Part shown: in pieces, positions 12,193 through 24,300 of the stretch | Numbering within the stretch: position 1 is the stretch's first letter | Layout of the letters: every line of letters starts with the position of its first letter | From: Schmidtea nova | Taxonomy: Eukaryota | Assembly (NCBI GenBank): GCA_044892505.1 | Contig: CM097882.1 | Span: forward strand, 377,208,001-377,272,000 | DNA: 64,000 nucleotides | Direction: 5' to 3' | Program-made: the position numbers and the translations under genes | The notes under the pieces: generated by a model | Database searches by the model: none | What the model was told of the DNA's origin: nothing | What the model saw: only the letters and a program-made list of their open reading frames with translations

Positions 12193-15100
12193 CATAATTA
12201 TCTTTTTGTTTCACCTTTGATCTTTTTTATTATTAATATCAATAAATCCCATAATGGATGACTATTTAATTATTATTATTTATTTAATTATTATTATTTT
12301 ATTTAATATTTTAGTTCGTATCAATATTTTGTTTTTAAAAATAATTAAAATTAAAATTAATTATGTAGCCAATCTTTTACATATTTGTTCAGTTTTGCTA
12401 TTTCGCCGATAAAAGCAAATAGTTCGTTGTAAATATATATAATTATATAATTCACAAATTTCTGTTTAATTATAGTTTAGCTCTCAGTTTCTTGAATAAT
12501 TCTCATTTTGCTTTAACTCATTTAACGCAGTTATTTTCACAAACTATGACAAAATTATTAAATATTAAAGTCAATTAAAATTCAAAGAAATAACATTCGA
12601 CAAGATATTACTGAAATTTGTATTTATTGGAAAGATCTTTTGATCCCTCGTTTGTTAGAATGATTATAAATCAATTAAATAAAATAAAAGCACATAAAAA
12701 TGATTATTGATGATGCGATTATTACTATTGAGAAATTCGTCTTGTAGTTTTATTAAATGAGATAGCAGCAGATTTCTTATTTTTATTAATTTATCTCAGC
12801 ATGTTTAACTTTATCCTTAGCAATACATGCAATTAAAATTTCAATGTATGTAAATAAGATTTTAAATAAATTTATAGGAATATAAATTAAAATTTTTATG
12901 AAATCAAAAATATATTTTATTTTAATTTATTTAAGCATACAATTATATTTTATTATTTATTTAGATGCCTGGATTACGAAATTAAAGCCGAGGTATTTTA
13001 AGAAAATAGTTGAAGTAATAACTAATTGTTTTTATCAAGAAAAGTGTAGTTTTAAATTGTTCAAATAAGATTTAAATTAAATTACCATTTTATATAAAGA
13101 CTATAAATCAAAAATGACTTTTATATTTCACACAGATTTTTAAGTGTGCATTTAATACACACTTGAAAGGATGTGCGGATATTTGTGTGCTATATATAAA
13201 AATCAGTTTTGATCTATAGTCTTTATATTTTATTATAATTTCTGAAATTGAAATAAAGAGATCAAGGGAGAAAAAAATTAATAATGTAAAATTAAATTGT
13301 AATTATAACAAAAAATATTAATATAAAATTAGATTCTCAGCCTAGTCATTCAGTATTAAATACACAAATTTGCAGGTTTTAATGTATGATAATTATAAGG
13401 GTTTACAAAATACTCCAGAACACCAAGATCATCAATAAATATATTATTATTATTGAATCTGGAATTATCCTAGATTGATTTTATTATAGAAATAGTAATA
13501 GATAAGTCATTAAATCATTAATCTTCTTCATATTTGATAGTTTTACAATTTTTTTTCATTTTTCATACATAAGATAAAAAAATATATACTTTTGATTTAT
13601 TTTGAAAAAAACAACATTTGTCGGATGACTTATTTGTTTGTCGAAACTAGTATGCCAAATGTTGTTTTTTTCAAAAGATATTTCGAGTGATTGAAATAAT
13701 GAAGCTAAGGCAGTCGGGTGCGCTTGCAAACAGTTTCTGTTGAACACCTTTAGTGCGCAGAGGCGAAAATGAAATTCATACGCCATGTTTGCAAGTTACA
13801 GATTATCTGTAGGACCTTGCATATTCAAAGGATGTTTTATCCAGTGTACCAGGTATAGTATATAACAAAAATCTTTCGACTTTGTTTTATACTTACCTGG
13901 CGCGGAGAGAAATTTTCGCGTCGCCTGCAGAGCACTGATGAGAGCTAAAAGCTCGAAACTAGTTTGCTATTGGGGATTTGCACTGGGTGTCATAAAAAAT
14001 CACAAGCTTTACTTGTTTTGATTTATTGTTTGAAAAATTGAAAATAAATAAAACAATTGATCATTCTGGCAGTTTTAGCCAGTGGGTTGAAAATCAGGTA
14101 AAAGACCACAAAAATATAATTGGTTTTGTAGTACCATTTTAGGTAAAGTTGAATTTTATTGCTATGTTCCAATTTTAAAATAAAATTGATAAAAACTTTA
14201 ATGAAATAAAAACTTTGAGTAAATATTTTGCGATGATTCTCCCAAATGAATATATTAATTTTTAAATACTTCTATTGATCTGATTTTTCAAAAAAATACA
14301 AATTCAACTCATTAAATATTTGTTTAAATATTCTAAATATTTTTGTACACGTGACATTACCTTTGCAATTTTACTTTGTTTAAAACAGAAGTGGGCACAT
14401 ATGAGGCAAAATAGAGCCACATGTGGATACACAAATTCACTATTTTTTATTTAATTTATTTGTATATTTTCACAATTCACATATAAAAGCATAAGAAAAC
14501 ATTAAAAAATCATTATTTTAAAATTTTAATAATAAAATAAAAATAAAATTATACAGAAATAAATTTAAATAGAAAAATTACCATACACAATCACCCAAAA
14601 GGTTAAGTTGAAAAAAATGCAATAAAAAATTTTAATGGGAGCCTCACTCGACTCGACGAAGAGCCACATTTGCACACTGTTGCTTTAATATATTCCAATA
14701 GTGATATCCGTAATTATAAAATTTATTTATAATCCGTCAAAAATGGCAAAAAAATCACAAACAGGAATTATTTATGCGTGCAACCGACTTACGGACGTAC
14801 ATGCGATGGTAATTATGTAATTGAATATTGCGGCTATTGGATGTGTCTTATTTGTTTGAACAATTATAAAATTCATTTAAAAATAACTGAATCTTAATTT
14901 AAATATGCTAAAGAATAAAATATTTAAGTACTCATAAATTCATTTCCAACAGTTTCTTTCATTGTGTTCAATCAGGAATTTTACAAATAGTTTATTCTCG
15001 TCAGTTATCAATTTCTAAATCTTTATACATTTCTGTATTCAACTTATATTTTCAGATTCTAATCTTACTTCCATAAACCTGGGTTTAAATATTAAGGAAG

Positions 15101-15313
15101 TGTTTAATATTGTTTTCTTTTTTTAAAAATCAAAATAATTATAGAAATTAAAAAGTAGAGTTGCCGTTTAATATTTCTAAATTTTATTTTATTATTCTTT
15201 TTTTTCTAATAGATGTAAACAACTCAGAAACTTTGCAAATTGCAAATTTTATAGTTAGACAAAACATCTTCCAACATTATTATTTCCTGAGGCCAGTAAG
15301 CATTTCAAAAATA

Positions 15314-15351
<38 letters not shown>

Positions 15352-18300
15352 TAATTCTTCCATCAGATAAAAACCAATTGACTTATTGCCCTTGACACAG
15401 AACAATACAACACTCTATTTGAAGAACATCTATCAAACAATGAACCGATAAACAAAATAATCTTACCTGCATCGACTCAGATTTCATACAATAAGAAACT
15501 ATCAACACTTGCAAATATTCAAATCAACCTTCAAATCCAAGATTTACTTTTTAACTGTATTGAGCACTTACCTAGTAATATGACTATGCTACGTAAAGAC
15601 CACAAAAATCCTTTAAAAGGTAGACCTCTTATATCCGCAGTAGACATTCCTTCTACAAAACTTTCTAAAGCTCTTTCAGAAATCCTTCAAAATATATTTT
15701 GCCTTTGGTTCCTTGTCATCTTAAAAACACAACTGAATTCGTCTCTGAAATTACAAATACGTCTCTTCCGTTAAACGCATGAGAATAGTACTTCTGGGGG
15801 TTTATTGATCTTTCCAATCTTTACTGATCAATTCCTCTTCACGGAGAGAATAATATTTTCGACATCGCAGCTTCTTTCTTTGAAACTCATAAAGCCAACA
15901 CTGACCTCGCAGACTTAACTAAAGAAGACTTTATAGAACTTCTAAAATTAACAATAACTTCAGATATTGTCATAATTAAAAAAAACCATTCAAACAAATT
16001 CGTGGATTAGCCATAGGTAATAACCTTTCTCCCATCTTAGCCATTTTCTACATGAACTTTATAATCTAAGATCAGATCTTTTGTTGGGGACAAAATGTTT
16101 TTCTGGAAACGATACATCGACGACATCTTCATAGTCTCCACAATCACTCTCAATCAAATCCTATCACACGCAAATTCTACTAACACCAACATACAATTCA
16201 TTTTTGAAACACCGAAAGCAGAAGATAAAAAACTGTTTTTAGATACCATGGTAAGTTTCACAAAAGGCCAAGATACACTAAATGCAAACACCGAGCTCTA
16301 TTCTAAAAGTTTACATAGTGGTCATATCCTCCCATGGAAAAGTCCTGTTCCACTTCAACGCAACATCGCATTAGTAATAGGAAAAAGAAAGAGCCATAAG
16401 AAACTGTTCAGACGCAAACAAAGTACAAGAAACATTAGAAAACTTCAAAATACAATTCCTCCAAAAAGGATACGCTGAAGAATTTGTAAAGAAATACTTC
16501 CTTAACGAAACATACCACAATAAACCTAACAATAAGAAACGCCAGAAACATAATAGCAATAGCAAACCCAGTACATATCTAAGATTACCTTTCTTAATAG
16601 CACTACAGCCAATAAGATCACCAAAATTTTTAACCAAACATATTTGCCTATCCACAGTCGTCCTACTTTCATAACCTCCGCACCGTTAAAATCACAACTT
16701 CGAAAGACACCGATTTCCAACATCTCCAAACATAAATGTCTTTGCTGTTTCACAACCAGATTCTTTGGCTTTTCCAAAAATATAGTATATAAACTTTCTT
16801 GTCAAAAATGTGACGTTACTTACATAGGAGAAACACATAGAACCTTTCGCACCGACTTAAGGAACACACTAAAAACAAAACCAGTAATTATTACGAACAC
16901 TGGGAAAAAGTACATAAAACAACTCCATCTATAGTAGAAACAAAATGTCAGATTCTAAAATTCATTACAAAGATTAGCTTCCGAGACTTTTTACATCAAA
17001 AAATACATACAGTCCTTCAACATTCAATTCGCACAAAAAAATCATGTTTAAAAAGAAAATTAAAATAAATTTATTTTCATCCAATAAAATCATTATAAAA
17101 TAAAAAATAAATAATTAAGGTTAGTATTTAGGATTAAGTTAATATAACGGTTGTAATACACACTTGATAAAGGCTGTGTCGAAATATTGTGTACTTATTT
17201 AAAGAAATTTCGATCTATAGTCATCCATTATGGGAATTATTGATATTTATATATATTCTCAAAACATTATATAAACTAAATTTTGATCTTTCTTAGAAGA
17301 AAGGATCTTATATTAGACCACTTATGGAAAAATGTTGTAAAGTGCTAATCTAGTCGAGATAAAATATATAAACTAAATTTTGATCTTTCTTAGAAGAAAG
17401 GATCTTATATTAGACCACTTATGGAAAAATGTTGTAAAGTGCTAATCTAGTCGAGATAAAATCAGACAAAAAGTAATGAACACACTTAAGTAATTAATAA
17501 TCAGATAAGATTGTCCAAATAAGCTAAAATTTCTCTAGTTATAGAAATTGTTTTTTTAAATCAAATCATTTTTCAATTTAAGAGACAGGTATTGTAATTT
17601 TGACTATGTATCTCCAATATTATACTAATTATTTTTTTAATAAGAATAGTATTCAACAAAACCATATATTAAAATAATTAAACAAATAAAGACTACTCTA
17701 CAAACTATATATTTATTGTCCCAGATATAAATTGAATGGCAAATACATCAGACACAACAACGAAGGCCACGAACTTTTGAGGTGATTTACAGGCAATATA
17801 AATTTCTTTTTATTTTTGATGATTAATAACACAATTTAATATCCTTGTTACCGATAGAGTTTGCAAATTATAAATAAAAACTAAGTAATGTTATGTTCCA
17901 ATTTAAGAACCATTATTAATAATACTATACAAGCCGTGTGTTTTCACATTTGTATTGTACACTTAGTACTAAGTTTATTCTCTGAGGTTTCCATGGTTTA
18001 TTCTATCAGCCAATAATTATTGACGAATAAATGTAACAGTTAACAAGGCTATTATATACATGATGTATATTAGTTATATTATTGTGTATATTATTGCGTA
18101 TATTATTGTGTATTTTATCGTGTATATTATTGATATATTATTGGTTATTATAGTGATAAAACGTCTGTTAATTTTATTAAATAGGAGTCAAATATAAGCT
18201 ATTTTTTGATATACATCTTTAAAATAATCTAAAATATGCTTCAAATATTTCAACAAAGAAAACATTAAATGTTCCTTACAATGTTCCGTAGGTTTTACAA

Positions 18301-21300
18301 ACGGGAAAACCTTAATCATTGTACTTCTTATATCTTCATTTTTAAGACAACACGAATTTTTGGCAATGTTTAATTTACGTGTTAATTTTCTATAAATAAA
18401 CACCTGAAAAAGTTAGTTTTGAAAATTCATGTCGTATAGTAAAATATTTTTATCTAGTGCTTTAAAAACGAAAATATAAAATATAAGTTACTGAAATTAA
18501 AAATGTTAATAATGATTTGAAAGAAATGTTAAAAATTCTGTGACAGTTTCACAATAATTCCTATTGTTCAAAGATCGTTGGCCACGACTTCTGAAGGTAA
18601 AGAATGTCCTACTCTGAGAATATAAACCGTAATGACTGATATGTATATATATATATATATATATATTCTTTAAAGTTGACACAATTATAAGTATAGTTTG
18701 TTATTAATTATTGTATAATCTTTTAAGGAAAACAACCAAAAATTACCCAGAGGATTTTACCTGGTAACATATGCTCTACGTTGAGTTAGTCAATTAATTT
18801 ATCTATCAAAAATTAAGAATTTATTTTCTTTATGAAAATGCCTTAACTGGTATTTTTTATGTTCCCCGATAGCAATCTACTAGAAAGAGAAAACACTTTC
18901 CACTTATTAATCTGAATTTTTTTTCAATTTTTATTTATATTTTTTAAATTATCATTAATAGAGTGCAGATTTGTTTTATCATTTAGACAATAACAAATTT
19001 GGTCAAATACCACGTCTCGTTGTTGGAATCGAAACAAAATAATAAAATTGTAAGAAATTAATTAAAGTAATTAAAGATTTTATATGTTTCTATACTAAAT
19101 AATTACTCGTTAATTGTCATTTTAAAGAAATTAGTGTTTTGAATTAAATAAAAAAAATTTTAATTTTAGCCAGATAAATCTCAAGTTCAATTGACCACTG
19201 CCTTAGAATTTTTGAAAACTATTTATATGGTATGATATTTATATTATTATTTATATTTGAATTCAGTGCCACTGAGTTAACATGTTGCACCTTCATAAAC
19301 CATCAAATTGCAACCCTTAAAAATAATATTCATTCAAGTAGTATTAAAATTTAATAATAAAAATGATAAATATATATTTAAATTTTTTAACCATTTATTT
19401 TTGAGTTTAAAATGTTTTAATGATTAAAGATACGGGACAATTAGTGACGTCTAACCGCGATATTCATTAGTGAACAACATGTTCACAATTTTCAGTGTTC
19501 TTAACTCATTAAAATATGGCACATTTGAAATTAAGTTCCTAATCGAAAACGGAATACAATAGAGGGTTAATGAAGAACAAAAAATGAGTACAAAGGTACA
19601 GATATTATTTCCTAATTAAATCAAATTAAAATTATAAATGTGGTTAAAATAAATATTTTAGAGTATTCGAATAAAGTTTGAATTTCTTAAATTTTATAAA
19701 TAAAAATCGATTGAATAAAAATTAAATAAAAATCACACATAATGTAAAAACATTTGTTCAATATTAAAAAACACTTGTAGAGTAATTTAATTTCGAAAAA
19801 TCATTGTGCGAAGACAATTTTTATAATATAGAAGTAGTATAATGTGCCATCTTTGGATCACTATTTGATAAACCCTTACTACTATTTAGAAGACACTAGC
19901 TATTATGTTTTATTAAATAACTCTAACTAATATTTTTTATTATTTACATTTAGATAATTATTTATTTTGATTTTATTATTTAACTTAATAATAATATTAA
20001 TTACACCAATAATTTAAAATTAAATTTATCAAGTCACTGAACAAGTCCTTAAGCATTTGCAACATTTTTCTAATTGAGTGCATCTTAAAAGTTAGATAAT
20101 TATTAAAATATATTAATGAATGAAATATTATTGTTCATATACTGAAAATATTGCACACATCTAAATTCTGACCAATTAGTGTCGATTAAATTGATTGAAT
20201 CCATTTTGAAAGACTATTTAATATAAAGTTTTGTATTTTTTTGTACAATAATATGTAAACAAATTAATTATGATTTGTATTATGAGTTTCTATAAAAATA
20301 ATTAATGAATAAGTAAGGATTTTAACATTAGTTCATACAACGATTGTCAGCTTGCACAATTCTTTACATTTATGAATCTGAATAAATTTATTCTATGTCT
20401 GTCGCAAATCATTTGACGCCACTCGCTTGATATATGAGATGTAATTTGATATCAGTATAAATAGTGTTTCCGGTTGTTGTTCTGATAATATATTGAACAA
20501 TATCAATCTTTTATCAAGAATAATACAAATAACAATTTGTTTTACTAATTGTATCTTTTATTTAAAGACGTCAAAATGAAAAAAAAATAAAGAAATTGGA
20601 TTTATTATTTTATGTGACTGATATATTGAAAACTATAAGTTATATTTATTTATGAATTAAATTTCTTAATTGTCTATATTTTAAAAATAAATAAATTCAT
20701 AACCTTAAAAATAATACTTTTATTTCTAAATATTTTGAATCTAATAATAACCCAAGAAAATTATGGTCCTGATTTGTATATCTATTCATATAAATATATT
20801 CATTAAATATTCATAAAATTCTCATAGAATATCGATAGCTACTACGACAAATAAAATCCTTGAATATACATTGGACAAATTGAATTATCATAGGTTCTAG
20901 AGATTACTTTAAAAGAGTTCCTTAATGGTCAATCCGAAATGCATAACAAAAAGAATTTATGAAACAGTGGAAAAGAGTGATTTTCTCTTTAAAAATAAAG
21001 TTTCTTCATGTGGTTCTTTTACCATTTATTTGATATTTGTCAAAAAGTGTAAATTATTACACAAANNNNNNNNNNNNNNNNNNNNNNNNNNNNNNNNNNN
21101 NNNNNNNNNNNNNNNNNNNNNNNNNNNNNNNNNNNNNNNNNNNNNNNNNNNNNNNNNNNNNNNNNNNNNNNNNNNNNNNNNNNNNNNNNNNNNNNNNNNN
21201 NNNNNNNNNNNNNNNNNNNNNNNNNNNNNNNNNNNNNNNNNNNNNNNNNNNNNNNNNNNNNNNNNNNNNNNNNNNNNNNNNNNNNNNNNNNNNNNNNNNN

Positions 21301-24300
21301 NNNNNNNNNNNNNNNNNNNNNNNNNNNNNNNNNNNNNNNNNNNNNNNNNNNNNNNNNNNNNNNNNNNNNNNNNNNNNNNNNNNNNTTATTTAGATAAATG
21401 AGAAAACCAAGGTTTTATCATATACTTTGTTTTATATTCCAACAATAAATGAAAAAATTGACATTGAGAAAAATTTCATAGACTGGGCGACGGCTAGCTC
21501 TCATTACTTGCCGGTAAATGAATTGTATGTTCTATTATAAATATTCTCTTAAACAGTTTACAAGTTATTCATGACTTTGTAAATGATTAGTTTGAATCAA
21601 ACGCAGAGATTTCGTGCTGTCTGAATTTGTTATAAATTTCAAACTTTTTCATTATATAAATCTTCAAAAGTAAATACATCAAAATACACTATCTACGTAT
21701 ATCCAATCGTTAATAAAAATACAAAAATAAAATATATACTAAATCGAAAAAAGATTTATGAAAATCTTTCTACAAAATTACATTTAATTGAAGGTTTTTT
21801 GAAATAATATTCTTTCTATATTATACTAATGGGCTTCGTCCATTATCTTTTTTATTTTTTCTGTGCATTAAACACACACAATTGTCTTGGTGCTGGTTTA
21901 AACCAATAATATTGGGTTTGTAGAATGAAAATTTCCAATCAAGTTGAACTCATCACTCGAGAGTTTTTGCTGCTTCAGACAAACAAACAAAAAGCTGATT
22001 TTATAATTAAAATTTGTAAGTTGTAATTGAAATCGGTTTTTCCCAATGAGCAACAAAATGCGTTAATTAATATACTTTCACTTTATTTTCCATTCTATTT
22101 ATCACCTTAATTTTCGTCCTTTTAATAATCTCTCGAATTTTATGTTAAGTACAAGATTTTGAAGTTTAAATATATAGGGTAAACTCGGCTAACTTCGTGA
22201 TATTAAGGAATTCTCTTAATATTTTAAAAGAAACCATAGATATCTGACAAATATAATATCTGATAACTATGTGTGTCCCGTTATATGATTTGTCTACTAA
22301 TTTAATCATTCAAATTTTGAAATCTGTTTGTGAGTTCAAACTTATAAACGTTTAAACCAACCATGTTCTTTTTGTGTAACTTCGTGATGCTATGGGTTTT
22401 GTTGGGTTTAAATTTTTAATAAATGTTTATTATGTTATTACAAACATATTTTTAATAAATTAAATGTCTATAGTTTCGTAGCATACTAGCATTTGAATTC
22501 AAAAATATTAAAAAAATACATTATATTAACAAACAAAGTTATATTACTAAGCAAAATTGTAAAGATTCTACACAAATTAATATCTATTATATATAAATGG
22601 AACCAGCCAGTCCCTTAGTCTGCGGAATAGTTTAATCTAATAGTTTGATGGATAAACATTTACATAAAACCGTATGTAAATCTCAATGGTGCATTTTTAC
22701 TCTGATATCACGAAAAAAGCCGTGTCACGAAGAAAGCCGAGTTTACCCTGTATATATATATATATATACATAAACATTTACCTTTTTTTAAAATTTTCTG
22801 TAATTACTTCAAATTTATTCAATTTTTAATAAATTTAAAAATTTCTCACTCAGATATTCTTAATTATTATTTGATGTTCCTACCGAATGTGTTATAGAGA
22901 AACATGCCAACGTTAGTTACAAGGAATTGGATTAGTATTAACTCATTTTTGCGGGAATTATTTTCAAAATTTATAATAATTTCAACAAATCATGTTATGA
23001 TATATAATAATTATTTTTAATTTTAATACGAAACGATCCCCACGCTTGCTAGCTGTATACTTATTCAATCTAAACTTTTATTGCGTCATGCATAATGGAT
23101 TGGGTGTAAAAATATTAAATGTTCCGATATTGGAACACTTGGAAAATGGGTTATTAAGGATCGTTCTCATTGAAGCAAGAAAATAATTTTCAATTCTTTA
23201 AATTATCACTGTTTATCACATTATTATAAGCAAAATGTCTATAAACACAAATATTAATTAATAATACTTTTTGTTTATTCCAATACGTACTACAAATAGT
23301 CAAATATTTTACATTGAATCAAACTCTAATTATAATTCTTGATAATATTAATATTAAATATTAAATATAATAAAAAGGTAAAAGTGTTAAGTCTTTCTCC
23401 GCAATGATTTTTGATAAAATATTACGATCTTTAAAAGATCCTGACCTCTCAAGTACGAAACTCTTTCCAATTTACTTCCTGCGTATTGCTAGTTATTTTC
23501 TTTCTCCTGAATTCTGATTTAATATAAATTATTGAAACAAGTTAAGATTTATTGTCGAAATAAATTAAATTAAAATTAAGAATTTTCAAAAACTTTTTGA
23601 CAAATAAAAATTCTTTTTATTAATCTTCAAAAATTAGAGCGTTAAAAATTTTTTTTGAATTAGAACATTTAAAAAAATTAAAAGCACTTCTTTTTAATAA
23701 AATGCTCTTTTTATAAATTTCTCGAAAATAACACCCATTTTGAATTTAATTTTTTAAAGCTTTTTCTTAGCTATTTCGATGACAATGTTAATCTGGCTCA
23801 GATTGAAACTTTATTAATAAATAATAAAATAAGCCTGCTGCAAAGTTTTATTTGGTGTAAATATTTGATTAAAAAATAATTTTTATCAATCTTATTTCAG
23901 AATATAGCTGGAATCTTCATCGTTTATTGCTGTTTCTTTCTATTAAATAATCTTTTTATTGGATGTAAATCTGATCAATTCAATACCTTAACCTTTTCTT
24001 CAAAATTTTAGAATAACTTTTATTTTAAAGAAAATTATCTCAATTCAAAACAAAAGTTCATTTTTAATATTAATATTAAATAACATATTTTATATTTTAA
24101 CATTTTAAACTTTGTTAAATTTTATTTTGTAACTAATTTAATGACAAAATCTCTACAAAATCCCAATATTTTTCAACTTTATTTTTTCTTCCCTTTTGTT
24201 CAAAGGTTTTAAATTTTAAATTCTTTATTAACACTTTTTAAATATGATTATTTTGCTTTAAATCTTCAAACAAGTAAACTCAGACATATTGAAATGCTGA

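Noticed and set aside
13889-14012. A bona fide U1 snRNA gene
   Set aside because: The U1-70K loop GAUCACGAAG and the normal cloverleaf are absent and a hammerhead occupies the body; kept only as a U1-like 5' tract.
17290-17350. The 97-bp duplicated unit as a HERC exon
   Set aside because: All frames hit stops or lack a convincing donor, and there is no HERC similarity.
18188-18403. Minus-strand 71-aa ORF with a TTTTCAG acceptor-like site
   Set aside because: No recognisable motif or partner exon; cannot be supported.
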